This document shows, one piece after another, positions 17,337 to 27,036 of a DNA stretch of 64,000 nucleotides. The notes beneath the pieces are model-generated. The model worked only from the letters and a program-made list of their open reading frames with translations. It was not told where the DNA came from and did not search any database. A program made the translations under genes and the position numbers. The DNA is from Candidatus Omnitrophota bacterium (GTDB taxonomy: Bacteria; Omnitrophota; Gorgyraeia; VGKH01), in contig JAKLEP010000001.1 in the NCBI GenBank assembly GCA_022703055.1, forward strand, positions 154,850-218,849. Direction: 5' to 3'. Within the stretch, counting starts at the first letter, position 1, and each line of letters begins with the position of its first letter.

Positions 17337-17897
17337 ATGAAAACAAGGCTTTTGATATTAGCAGTAATTTTTACTTTTATCTTTGTAGTTTCTGGCTTAG
17401 CCCAGGAACAGGTTACAAAAGAAGACATCGATAAGGCTATGGAGCAAGTTAAGCAGGCTTTACCGCAGCAAATTCCAGCTGAAGCTGTTAACTCCGCCGC
17501 GCAAAAACAAACTATTGATGTGCCGGCAGCAAAAGATCTGAACTTAGAAGAGATCAAAGGCACGGTCAAAGAAATTGCAGAAGACGGAAGCTATATAACG
17601 GTAAATGACACCAAGATTACGACAAGCAAAGAATTTCTGGCTTATTACCCAGTTAAAGAAGGAGAAGAAGTCATCGTTATGGTGGCATCGGCTGCCGAAG
17701 GTATGGTGGCAGTAAGTATTAATCCCGTAGATAATAGTAAAGAAGAAGCTTCCAAAGAGGCAGGACAGGCAGCTACAGAAGAAGGAGTGATTTCTGAAAC
17801 TAATAAGTCAAATGAGGGGCAGAAAGAGGAGCCTTCTGAGGCAGTCTCAAACGAAGAAGCGCCTTCCGGGGATGCTTCCCAAGAAGTTGTTAAATAA
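17337..17897 (+). CDS. Secreted acidic hypothetical protein
   Basis: Signal peptide (..VSGLAQE), SD GAAGGAGG, E/S-rich C-terminus. Confidence 0.55.
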   Translation: MKTRLLILAVIFTFIFVVSGLAQEQVTKEDIDKAMEQVKQALPQQIPAEAVNSAAQKQTIDVPAAKDLNLEEIKGTVKEIAEDGSYITVNDTKITTSKEFLAYYPVKEGEEVIVMVASAAEGMVAVSINPVDNSKEEASKEAGQAATEEGVISETNKSNEGQKEEPSEAVSNEEAPSGDASQEVVK

Positions 17898-17943
17898 AGT
17901 TAATATATTTTGTTAATCAAGATAAGTATTATAAAAAAGAAAA

Positions 17944-17967
17944 AGCCCGTTTCAAGCGGGCTTTTTC
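17944..17967 (+). terminator. Rho-independent terminator (A-tract upstream, T-tract downstream)
   Basis: AGCCCG/CGGGCT stem (17944-17949 with 17957-17962), 7-nt loop, then TTTTC. Confidence 0.75.
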
Positions 17968-18035
17968 TTTTGCTAAATTGCCTTGATTTTACCTAAATAG
18001 GCTCCTATAATTACGTTATATACATATTCGCCGAT

Positions 18036-18593
18036 ATGGTAATCGATAGGCAATATAAAAGTATGAAAATCAAAAAATTAATAATTTTAATTATTATTTT
18101 ATCGGTAGTTTTTCTTTTTTCCGGCAACGTCTATTCTCAGGATAAAGAGTTCTATAATAAAGCAGTCAAATACGCACGCCAGAAAAATCTGGATTTCGCC
18201 TTTACTTATTTGGATATGGTTGTAAATATCTATCCTAATTCGAAGTTCTTTGAGAATTCGTTGTTTTCTTGCGGGGAATATTATTTCATTTCCGGAGATC
18301 ATTTTAGCGCCAAAAAAACATTCGAGAAATTCACCGCCTTATTGCCAAATTCTAAAGCCAAGCCTTTTGCCCTGGCATATCTATTAAGAATTGCCGAAGA
18401 AGAAAAGAAGCAAGATATCATAGAGGGCCTTCAAAAACAGATTATAAGCTATAAACAGCTCAGTCTCGTTTTCAGGGATTTTAAAGAACATAGCTACCTA
18501 TCTGCCTTGGATAGAGAATATAAAATAATTTATTTTATCGATAGGGCAGAAATTTATATCGATGGGGATTTATTTGCGAAAATACCTTTCTAA
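18036..18593 (+). CDS. TPR-like secreted protein (YbgF-like); start probably at M10 (18063)
   Basis: The signal peptide begins at MKIKKLIILIII. Helical repeat content (..AVKYARQKNLDFAFTYLDMVVNIYPNSKF..). Confidence 0.5.
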   Translation: MVIDRQYKSMKIKKLIILIIILSVVFLFSGNVYSQDKEFYNKAVKYARQKNLDFAFTYLDMVVNIYPNSKFFENSLFSCGEYYFISGDHFSAKKTFEKFTALLPNSKAKPFALAYLLRIAEEEKKQDIIEGLQKQIISYKQLSLVFRDFKEHSYLSALDREYKIIYFIDRAEIYIDGDLFAKIPF

Positions 18594-20613
18594 AATTCTC
18601 TTCTTTATAATCCTACTTATAATATCCTTAATAGTAGTTTTCTTTTTTTCTGCCAGTTCTATATTGAATTCCCAGAAGGGAACGATAGAGGAAATCTTAA
18701 GCAGATTCCTGCAACAAAGAGTGGCGATCCAGTCCGTTAGCTACCAGCCTATCAATTCGATTGTTTTGGAGAATATGTCCATCCTGAGAGCGCAAGATTC
18801 AGGCTATAAGCAGTTAGTTTCTGTTGACAAGTCTAAACTGACCTTTTCTTTGGTAGAATTGATAACCAAAGGGAAGTTTGTCTTAACCGATATTTGCTTG
18901 ACTAAGCCGGTAAGCAAGATTGTCGATTACAAATTCTTCACCAAAACAGGCCTCTACCAATTTATCGGCGTGGTTAACGCGTTGTTTAAGAACCAATCTT
19001 TGAATATTAAGATTGAAGAAGGTATCCTGCCTCTATATGAACAGAAAGATTTATCCGATTACGTTGTTATAGATAGCAAAATAAAGATAAAGAGCAAGGG
19101 AGTTGTCTCCAGCAATGGCTCAATTGATTTTCGGATTGCTTCGGGTTCCCCGGCTGCGCAAGAAGATAAATTAGATTACAATTTCAGCGGAAATTTTACC
19201 AAGAGTGGGATCTTGGTAGATAATTTAGAGATCGAGAAGGAAAACTTATATTTTAAATCCTGGGGCGAATTGGATGGCGATTTATTCCGATTAAGCGGTA
19301 GCATCTTTTCGGTTAGGCCGATGGGCACATATTATCTCAGGAAGCCTAAATTTATAGATAAGTTGGAAAAGATTCTTGGCCGCAAGGCAAAGCCCGAAAC
19401 CCAGATTATCTTACCCAGCTTGTCAGGATTGAATGTTTTTGATTTGAGTTGCCTTATAAAATTCATCCCCAACGGCCTTTCGATAGAAAACTTAAATTTT
19501 TCTTTGCAGGATATGCCGCTACGCATTAAAGGGGATATCCTGTTTCTTGAGCCTATCCATTTAAACCTGCAGGTTTCATCTTTTCCGTCTCAGCCGCAAG
19601 CCGAGAGATTGCAAAATTCCAGGAGGTTTGACTTGGAGCTGGACGGAGATTTGGAAGATAATAGGTTCAACGGAAGAATCAGCCTGGATTTCTTGGCAGA
19701 AATAAGGGCAAATAAATCCCAGGAGACTTTAGAGGCGAAATTAAAAGATTTTTCATTCTATCCTGTCAGCAAAAACCGCCTGGGCCTTAGCTTTAAAGAA
19801 GCCAATGTATCATGCTTGGCAAACAATAATTTGTATAATGTCTTTCTAGATAATTTTAATGGTCTGGTTAGTATTGAAAATAAGAATATATTATCCGTTG
19901 AATTTCTGTCCGGTTTATTTGACGGATCAATCAAAGGCGCAGGAAGTCTCAATGCAAGCCAGATACCATTCAAGACCAGCCTAAAACTCAATATAGCCGA
20001 TGTCGAAGCCAATAAGCTGAGTTCTGCCCTGGTTTTTCTTTCCAGGGTTTATGGCAAGTTGTCTAGCGAAATATCTTACCGAAATTATCCTGCGAATAAT
20101 TTAGAGGGGAAGCTCTCGATAAGCGAAGGCTATTTAGATAATTTGAGTTTTTTCGGCTGGTTAGCCGATTTTTTCAGCCTGCCGCAGTTAAAAAAGGTGG
20201 ACTTTGATAAAATCTCGGCCAATTTTCTGGTTAACGACCAAGCGTCAACTTTAAAAGACATAGCTTTGGATTCAAAAGATATCAAGCTGTATGGATCTTT
20301 CGAACTTTCGGCAAAAGATTTGACCTCAGGAAATCTCTCTTTGACATTTTCAAGGCTGCTCCTTGATACTTCAGAAAAATTCAAGAAATTGCTCAATCTT
20401 TTGGATAAAGACGCTTTGGCTGTGAATTTTGATTTTCAGCTCTCCGGGCTATACCAGAGTATAAATTTCAAATGGCTACAGTCCGATTTTAAAAAAGGCC
20501 TGCAGAAATTGATGCCTGCGGGCATGGAAAGAAATTTTGAACAGCAGATCGAAGATGCGGTAGCCACCATCTCCGCGAATAAAGAGCAGACAAATGAAGG
20601 AAGCGTTAAATAA
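18562..20613 (+). CDS. Large membrane-anchored envelope protein (AsmA-like, tentative)
   Basis: 683 aa with a single N-terminal TM helix, then long beta-rich sequence without catalytic motifs. Overlaps both neighbours. Confidence 0.45.
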   Translation: MGIYLRKYLSKILFFIILLIISLIVVFFFSASSILNSQKGTIEEILSRFLQQRVAIQSVSYQPINSIVLENMSILRAQDSGYKQLVSVDKSKLTFSLVELITKGKFVLTDICLTKPVSKIVDYKFFTKTGLYQFIGVVNALFKNQSLNIKIEEGILPLYEQKDLSDYVVIDSKIKIKSKGVVSSNGSIDFRIASGSPAAQEDKLDYNFSGNFTKSGILVDNLEIEKENLYFKSWGELDGDLFRLSGSIFSVRPMGTYYLRKPKFIDKLEKILGRKAKPETQIILPSLSGLNVFDLSCLIKFIPNGLSIENLNFSLQDMPLRIKGDILFLEPIHLNLQVSSFPSQPQAERLQNSRRFDLELDGDLEDNRFNGRISLDFLAEIRANKSQETLEAKLKDFSFYPVSKNRLGLSFKEANVSCLANNNLYNVFLDNFNGLVSIENKNILSVEFLSGLFDGSIKGAGSLNASQIPFKTSLKLNIADVEANKLSSALVFLSRVYGKLSSEISYRNYPANNLEGKLSISEGYLDNLSFFGWLADFFSLPQLKKVDFDKISANFLVNDQASTLKDIALDSKDIKLYGSFELSAKDLTSGNLSLTFSRLLLDTSEKFKKLLNLLDKDALAVNFDFQLSGLYQSINFKWLQSDFKKGLQKLMPAGMERNFEQQIEDAVATISANKEQTNEGSVK

Positions 20614-22465
20614 AACAGAGATAAAGTTTATTCTCAGCAATATCTATCCCTTTAATAAGTTAAGAGATAATGATATTGATAGGTTCCTGTCGATATCCGA
20701 AATAAGGGAATATAGAAATCAGGAGATTATCTATAAGGAAGGAGACCCTCCGGATTATTTTAACCTTATATTAAAGGGCAGGGTATTAGTCTTGACTAAG
20801 CAGGCAGGTTATGACCACGAAATAGAGCTTCTAAAGAGAGGCACAAGTTTTGGAATAATTTCTCTTTTTAATGAGGAGCTGCATTCAGTTACCTCAAAAT
20901 CAATTGAGCACTCTGTAATCTTAAGAGTAAAAAAGGAGAAATTTAAGGATTTCTTAAAAAGGCATCCGGCGATATCCCTGGAATTCTCCCGTCTTCTTTC
21001 CGAAAGGGTGAAGAGCCGATTCCAGCCCAAGAAGATATTCCAGAGTAAGAGAGTTTCCATCCTTGGCACCAGAAGCTCAGGGAAAACCACCTATATGTAT
21101 AGCCTGGGCCTCAAAATAAAAGAGCAGACCAAAAAGACGCTTGTTTGCATTGAATTTTCTCTAAGAGGAGATTTTAGCCTGCCATCATTTATCAGGAAAG
21201 ATGTCAAAGTCTTAAGGCTTTCAGAGTTTAAAGAGGAAACCATCAGCGCATTCATCTTACCGGATGCGATTGATTTTCTTTTAGTAAGAATCGACGAGAG
21301 GACGAATCTGGTTTCTTTGCTTAATTTCTTGTCGGAAAATTATCATTTTGTTCTATACGAGATTCCATTCGATATAAAAGACAGTTATATCCTGGAGTTT
21401 GTATCTTTGGCGCACTATATCCATTTCGTTTTTCCTCCTATAAAAGAAGAGCTGGAAAGATATGCATTCCTTATTGATAACCTAAAGCAGAAAGAAGCCT
21501 CTAACAAAGACAAGATAAAAGTTATTATAAATGAGTTTATCCAATCGGATGGTTCATCTCTGGAGGCAAAAAGCGAAATTGTGGATTGCCCGATATACGC
21601 TACCTTGCCTAAGTACAGCGAAGAGAATTATTTCAAGGTTTTAAGGAGGATAGCCCGCGAATTAGGAGAGCTTACTACGGGCCTAGCGCTGGGAAGTGGA
21701 GCCGCTTACGGTTTTGCCCATGTAGGGGTCTTGAAAGTTTTTGAGAAAAATAATATCCCCATAGATATGGTTTGCGGCTCAAGCACCGGGGCGCTTGTGG
21801 CTGCGATGTGGGCCTTGGGATATAAAGTTGAAGAGATAGAAAAAACAGTGATTAACGTAGCAAAAAAGTTTAGTTTATTCTCCCTGCGCGGCCTGGCTTT
21901 TCCTTTTAAGGGGGTATTGCGTGCTAAGCGACTTGAAAATACATTCAGGAAGATATTCCAGGATAAAACCTTCTATGATTTAAAACACAGCCTTAAAATC
22001 GTCACCTTTGATTTTATAAAAAGGGAACCTAAGATTCTGGAAGAGGGCTTGCTTTATAAAGCCGTTGCCGCAAGTTGCGCTATGCCCGGAGTTTTTGAGC
22101 CGGTGAATTTTAAGGCGGAGATTCTTTTGGACGGCGGGATACTAAAGCCGCTTCCTTCGAACATACTGGTAAGTTACGGCGCCAAGAAAATTATTGCCGT
22201 CAATATTACTCCTACCAAGGAAGAGATCAACCGCCAATACAAAACAAGAGATAAATTACATATATTTGATTTTATCTTCGGCAGTATCGAAACCATGCAG
22301 AGAGAGTTTATCGATGAAGCCATCAAGATCTCCGACGTGGTTATCCATCCTGATTTCGAAGGTATCGGCTGGATGGAATTCGAAAAAGTGGAAGATTTTA
22401 TCAGGCGCGGGGAAAAGGCCGCCTTGGCTAAACTTGAAGATATAAAGAAATTACTTACTTCCTAA
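20594..22465 (+). CDS. cNMP-binding / P-loop (MinD-ParA-like) / patatin-like phospholipase tri-domain protein
   Basis: N-terminal CAP-effector-type domain, Walker A GTRSSGKTT, patatin GxGxxG (GSGAAYG) and GxSxG (GSSTG) motifs. Confidence 0.75.
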   Translation: MKEALNKTEIKFILSNIYPFNKLRDNDIDRFLSISEIREYRNQEIIYKEGDPPDYFNLILKGRVLVLTKQAGYDHEIELLKRGTSFGIISLFNEELHSVTSKSIEHSVILRVKKEKFKDFLKRHPAISLEFSRLLSERVKSRFQPKKIFQSKRVSILGTRSSGKTTYMYSLGLKIKEQTKKTLVCIEFSLRGDFSLPSFIRKDVKVLRLSEFKEETISAFILPDAIDFLLVRIDERTNLVSLLNFLSENYHFVLYEIPFDIKDSYILEFVSLAHYIHFVFPPIKEELERYAFLIDNLKQKEASNKDKIKVIINEFIQSDGSSLEAKSEIVDCPIYATLPKYSEENYFKVLRRIARELGELTTGLALGSGAAYGFAHVGVLKVFEKNNIPIDMVCGSSTGALVAAMWALGYKVEEIEKTVINVAKKFSLFSLRGLAFPFKGVLRAKRLENTFRKIFQDKTFYDLKHSLKIVTFDFIKREPKILEEGLLYKAVAASCAMPGVFEPVNFKAEILLDGGILKPLPSNILVSYGAKKIIAVNITPTKEEINRQYKTRDKLHIFDFIFGSIETMQREFIDEAIKISDVVIHPDFEGIGWMEFEKVEDFIRRGEKAALAKLEDIKKLLTS

Positions 22466-22483
22466 ATTTTTAAAAATAAGAAA

Positions 22484-23065
22484 ATGAAAAACGAGGAATT
22501 TGCTTACAATAAATCCGGATGGAATCTCCATATGATGCCGGTCGGCTATTTGATGATTGAGCACAGGCTTATCGAACGGATGATCAAGCTCATGGCAGAT
22601 GAGCTTGTGCTAAATATCAAAAATGGTAAAGTAAATTTAAGCTTTATCGATGCCGCGATAGATTTTATCAAGAACTACGCCGATAAATGCCACCATGGAA
22701 AAGAGGAAGACATTTTGTTTAGAGACCTCACCAAGAAGAATATGTCCGCTGAACACAAAAAGATAATGGAGGAGCTTATCCAGGAGCATGTAATTGGTAG
22801 GCAGACCGTTGTCAGGTTAGTCAGCGCTAAGGAAGAATACGCATCCTCAAAAACCAAAAGCACAGCCGAGATAGAGAAAAATATAAAATGGCTCATTGAA
22901 TTTTATCCTAAGCATATCGCCAAGGAAGATAAACAATTCTTCCTGCCTTGCATGGGTTATTTTGATAAAGAAGGGCAAGCCAGGATGCTGGAGGAATTTT
23001 ATGCCTTTGATGGAGAAACTATCCAGGACAAGTATAAAAAAATAGTCAAGGATTTGGAAAGATAA
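22484..23065 (+). CDS. Hemerythrin-like metal-binding domain protein
   Basis: IEHRLIERM, CHHGKEEDILF and EH..GR spacing are typical of hemerythrin HHE domains. Confidence 0.65.
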   Translation: MKNEEFAYNKSGWNLHMMPVGYLMIEHRLIERMIKLMADELVLNIKNGKVNLSFIDAAIDFIKNYADKCHHGKEEDILFRDLTKKNMSAEHKKIMEELIQEHVIGRQTVVRLVSAKEEYASSKTKSTAEIEKNIKWLIEFYPKHIAKEDKQFFLPCMGYFDKEGQARMLEEFYAFDGETIQDKYKKIVKDLER

Positions 23066-23088
23066 GGTTAAACTAAAGGAGGAGAGCA

Positions 23089-24054
23089 ATGAAGGTCGCT
23101 GAAATAAAACTAGAGGATTTAAAACCTACAGAATTTATCGATGAGCAAGTAAAGGCAATTTCTTCGGCAGTGGGAAAAGAATTGGCGATTAACGCGCTTT
23201 CCGGCGGCGTAGACTCATCAGCCGTTACATTATTAGGCCACAAGGCGCTCGGCAGCAGATTAAAAACTTATTTTATTGAGAACGGAATTATGAGAGAGGG
23301 CGAGCCGCAGAGGATAGTATCGCTTTTTAAGAATCTGGGAGTTCCGGTTGAAATAGTCGATGCCAGAAAAGAATTTTTTGGCGCTCTTAAAGGTTTAATC
23401 GACCCCGAAGAGAAAAGAGAGGCTATCACCCAGACATTTTATAAAACCGTCTTTGGTAGATTAGTCAGGGAAGGAAGAGCAAAATACCTATTGCAGGGGA
23501 CAAATTATACTGATGTCGAAGAGACGGTTGCCGGAGTGAAGAGGCAACATAATATTTTGGAGCAATTAGGAATTGATACTCAAAAAGAATTCGGCTATAA
23601 AGTTATAGAGCCGATAATCCAGCTGAGAAAAACCGGCGTGCGCTCAGTCGCTAGAGCGCTCGGCCTGCCCGAAGAATTATACAACCGTCCGCCTTTTCCC
23701 GGGCCGGCGTTGGCAGCTAGAGTAATCGGCGAAGTTACCCCCGACAGAGTGGAATTGGTTAGGCTGGCTACAAAGGTTGTCGAGGAGGAATTATCGAATA
23801 CAAAAGCTTTTCAGTATCTGGCGATTTTGCATGAAGATAAAGTTACCGGCGTAAGAAACAATAAAAGAGACTTTGGCTTTCAGATTGAAGTAAGGTGCTG
23901 GGACAGCAGTGATGCTGTAACCGCTAAACCGACGCGGCTATCTTTTGATATCTTAGAAAGATTGTCCCAGAGAATAACTACAGAAGTGCCCGGAGTAGTA
24001 AGCGTGACTTACAATATTGCCACAAAGCCACCATCAACCATTGAGGCGGTCTAA
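23089..24054 (+). CDS. Stand-alone GMP synthase ATP-pyrophosphatase subunit (GuaA subunit B-like)
   Basis: PP-loop SGGVDSS, then LLQGTNYTD...IEPI..L.K..VR..A..LGLP...RPPFPGPALA. No GATase domain in this ORF. Confidence 0.72.
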   Translation: MKVAEIKLEDLKPTEFIDEQVKAISSAVGKELAINALSGGVDSSAVTLLGHKALGSRLKTYFIENGIMREGEPQRIVSLFKNLGVPVEIVDARKEFFGALKGLIDPEEKREAITQTFYKTVFGRLVREGRAKYLLQGTNYTDVEETVAGVKRQHNILEQLGIDTQKEFGYKVIEPIIQLRKTGVRSVARALGLPEELYNRPPFPGPALAARVIGEVTPDRVELVRLATKVVEEELSNTKAFQYLAILHEDKVTGVRNNKRDFGFQIEVRCWDSSDAVTAKPTRLSFDILERLSQRITTEVPGVVSVTYNIATKPPSTIEAV

Positions 24055-24059
24055 ATAAG

Positions 24060-24311
24060 ATGTCAAGTTTTGCCGTAGGAATACTTGCGGGAACACTGTG
24101 CACCATATCTTTTATCCCGCAGATAGTAAAGATTTTTAAAACCAGGCAGGCTAAAGATTTATCTCTGATTACTTTTTCCGTATTCGCCTCGGGAGTATTT
24201 TTCTGGTTTATCTACGGAATAATGATAAAAGAGTTTCCGGTGATACTGGCAAACGGAATTACTTTGGTCTTAGTGGCGATAGTAATAGCGGCAAAATTAA
24301 AGTTTGGATAA
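24060..24311 (+). CDS. SemiSWEET (PQ-loop) transporter
   Basis: 83 aa, 3 TM helices, SFIPQIVKIFKT PQ motif. Confidence 0.75.
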   Translation: MSSFAVGILAGTLCTISFIPQIVKIFKTRQAKDLSLITFSVFASGVFFWFIYGIMIKEFPVILANGITLVLVAIVIAAKLKFG

Positions 24312-24312
24312 T

Positions 24313-25515
24313 ATGCTTAAAGACAAAAGAATATTATTGGCCGAGACTGATCATGCGCTGGTCGAGATCCTAAAGACTTTGCTTTTGGCTATGGGTACCA
24401 AGGTGACTGTCGTCGGCGACAGCCATAGCTTGATTGAGACCGCCTCTAAAGAGCATCCGGACCTTATCATGGTTGATTGCGATGTCCCGCAGATAGACGG
24501 TTTTAATGTTACCAAGGATTTAAAGACAGATTTTTTAACTTCATACATCCCCCTGATAATTTTAATCGACAAAAAGCAAATCCGCAAAAAGATGCTGCAG
24601 ATTGAACAGGGCATTGATGATTATATTGTGAAACCCCCCGACCCAATTGATTTGGAAGTAAGAATCGATATGGCGCTCAGACGCACCGAACATCAGGTCC
24701 ATGCCAATGCCCTTACCAAGCTTCCCGGCTCAAGAGAGATAGAAAAGCTCATTAAGGAAAAATTACACGGAAACCATTTGTTTTCCTTTGCCTATTTAGA
24801 CATAAACAATTTCAAATCTTTCAATGATAAATATGGTTACTTAAAAGGCGATAGCCTTATCTTGCAGACCGCCCATATAATAAGTAGCACAGTTAAACGT
24901 TTCGGTAATAAATCGGATTTTGTCGGTCATATCGGAGGAGATGACTTTGTCATCATCACTAATCCAGAAAAAGAGGAGATAATCGCCAAAGAAATAATCA
25001 AATCTTTTGATAGACTGATTCCGCTTCATTATAATAAGGAAGACCGGGATAAAGGATTCATCAGGGTAGAAGATAGATCCGGCAAAGCCCGGAATATTCC
25101 TTTAATGAGTGTCTGTATTGCGGTGATTAATAATAAAATCCGTAAAATTCATAATATCATTCAGCTTACCGAGATTGCCTTTGAGATTAAAAAGTACCTT
25201 AAAACCGTATCCAAGAGTAGTTACCTCATTGATAGAAGAAGCCAGGACCATGGAATGTATAAAAGGCAGGAGAACCTTGCTCTTATCCAGGAGCAATTAA
25301 AGATTCACCAGACGCAAAAGTCTAAATATTTTAAGCCGTTGGGACAAATTTTATTAGAGAACCAATTGATTACCCATGAACAACTTAGCGAAGCTCTAAA
25401 AAAGCATTGGCTTTCCAGTAAACGCCTTGGTGAGGTATTAATTAACATGGGGGTAATCAATGTTGAGCAGCTGGATAAGGTTTTGGCAGACTTCAAAAAT
25501 TCGGTTCTAGTTTAG
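24313..25515 (+). CDS. Response regulator: REC + GGDEF-family domain (GGDDF) + C-terminal tandem MshEN/GspE-N-like motifs
   Basis: REC acceptor region DLIMVDCDVPQIDG. GGDEF-type core ..DINNFKSFNDKYGYLKGD...HIGGDDFVIIT. C-terminus has LGQILLENQLITHEQLSEAL and RLGEVLINMGVINVEQLDKVL. The ATG at 24313 is preferred over the TTG at 24304. Confidence 0.75.
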   Translation: MLKDKRILLAETDHALVEILKTLLLAMGTKVTVVGDSHSLIETASKEHPDLIMVDCDVPQIDGFNVTKDLKTDFLTSYIPLIILIDKKQIRKKMLQIEQGIDDYIVKPPDPIDLEVRIDMALRRTEHQVHANALTKLPGSREIEKLIKEKLHGNHLFSFAYLDINNFKSFNDKYGYLKGDSLILQTAHIISSTVKRFGNKSDFVGHIGGDDFVIITNPEKEEIIAKEIIKSFDRLIPLHYNKEDRDKGFIRVEDRSGKARNIPLMSVCIAVINNKIRKIHNIIQLTEIAFEIKKYLKTVSKSSYLIDRRSQDHGMYKRQENLALIQEQLKIHQTQKSKYFKPLGQILLENQLITHEQLSEALKKHWLSSKRLGEVLINMGVINVEQLDKVLADFKNSVLV

Positions 25516-25663
25516 GTATTTCTTTTGAAAACCACAATTTTTTTATCCATTTTAGCCTTCCAATATCCCTAGATTCCTATAACCTACATAATATCAGTGG
25601 GTTATAAACTATTTTTATCGCGAAAAAAAGTGCTATTTTTTTGCATTTTCCGCATGATTTTCA

Positions 25664-25692
25664 TTGACTAAATTATTTATTTTTGTTATACT
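25664..25692 (+). promoter_or_regulatory. Candidate sigma70 promoter for purB
   Basis: TTGACT (25664-25669), 17-nt spacer, TATACT (25687-25692), 51 nt before the purB ATG. SD AAGGAG at the start. Confidence 0.6.
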
Positions 25693-25743
25693 ACTCCCTC
25701 ATTCCTGAAACGTAATAATTCTTTTAAAAAAGGAGCGGTAATC

Positions 25744-27036
25744 ATGATAGAACGCTACGTCCTGCCAAAAATGAGTAACATCTGGAACGACGAAAACAAA
25801 TTCTCTATTTTCCTGAAAATTGAACTGTTAGTCTGCGAGGCCTTGACCAAGCTAGGCAAGATTCCTAAGCCCGCAATGGTGAAAATCAGAAAAAAGGCCA
25901 AATTCGATTTAGAAAACATCTTAAAACTGGAAGAAAAGACCAAGCACGATGTCGCTGCCTTTGTGGCCGATGTCGCCGAAAGGCTCGGGCCCGAAGCGCG
26001 CTACATCCATTTTGGCATGACATCTTCCGATTTATTGGATACCACTTTAGCCGTGCAATGCGTTCAATCTGCCGATATTCTTATCGATGATACCAATAAA
26101 TTATTGGCGGTTATGGCTGACAAGGTCAAGAAATATAAAGATACTATATGCGTTGCCCGCACCCACGGAGTGCATGCTGAGCCTACAACCTTTGGATTCA
26201 AGCTTGCCGTCTGGTATGATGAGACCAAACGCAACTTAGAGAGGCTTCAGCAGGCAAAAGAAATCATTAGATTCGGTAAGATCTCCGGGGCAGTGGGGAC
26301 CTTTGCCCACATTGAGCCTTCAGTTGAGGAATTTGTCTGTGAAAAACTAGGGCTTAAACCCGCAGCCATATCCACTCAGATAGTTCAAAGAGACCTGCAC
26401 GCCCAATTCATGGTGATTTTAGCGATTGTCGGTTCATCCTTGGAAAAATTCGCCACCGAAATCAGGCATCTACAGAAAACCGAAGTCTTGGAAGTGGAAG
26501 AGACGTTTTTTAAGGGCCAGATCGGTTCATCCGCCATGCCACATAAGAAGAATCCGGTTACCTGCGAGAGAATTTGCGGTCTGGCGCGGTTATTAAGGAC
26601 CAATGCCGCCTCAGCTTTAGAAAATGTCAACCTCTGGCATGAAAGAGATATCAGCCATTCATCGGTTGAGCGCGTGATTTTGCCTGACAGCACCATGATG
26701 CTCGATTATATGTTGAATAAATTCATCCAGATAATGGATAATTTGACCGTGCACAGTAAGAACATGATCCTTAATCTTGCCAAGACTAGAGGCCTGATTT
26801 ATTCCCAGAGGATTCTCTTGGAGCTTATGAAAAAAGGCCTGCCGCGCACCGATGCTTACGATACCATCCAGAAATGTGCGATACTTACTTGGCAGAGCGG
26901 CTCGGAGTTTAAGGAAGCGCTCTTGCGCGATAGAAAAGTGCGCAGATACTTAAGCTCCGATGAAATTGACGCCTGTTTCAACGTAAAATACTATTTAAGA
27001 AATATAGAAAAAGTCTACAAAAGATTAGGACTTTAG
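25744..27036 (+). CDS. purB: Adenylosuccinate lyase
   Basis: MIERY...W N-terminus and the fumarate-lyase signature GSSAMPHKKNP. Confidence 0.92.
   Translation: MIERYVLPKMSNIWNDENKFSIFLKIELLVCEALTKLGKIPKPAMVKIRKKAKFDLENILKLEEKTKHDVAAFVADVAERLGPEARYIHFGMTSSDLLDTTLAVQCVQSADILIDDTNKLLAVMADKVKKYKDTICVARTHGVHAEPTTFGFKLAVWYDETKRNLERLQQAKEIIRFGKISGAVGTFAHIEPSVEEFVCEKLGLKPAAISTQIVQRDLHAQFMVILAIVGSSLEKFATEIRHLQKTEVLEVEETFFKGQIGSSAMPHKKNPVTCERICGLARLLRTNAASALENVNLWHERDISHSSVERVILPDSTMMLDYMLNKFIQIMDNLTVHSKNMILNLAKTRGLIYSQRILLELMKKGLPRTDAYDTIQKCAILTWQSGSEFKEALLRDRKVRRYLSSDEIDACFNVKYYLRNIEKVYKRLGL

Noticed and set aside
25516-25743. AT-rich 228-nt region with TTATCCAT, considered as an oriC or DnaA-box cluster
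   Set aside because: There is only one near-consensus DnaA box, no dnaA/dnaN nearby and no repeated AT-rich 13-mers. The region is adequately explained by a terminator-like hairpin (25595-25623) and the purB promoter.
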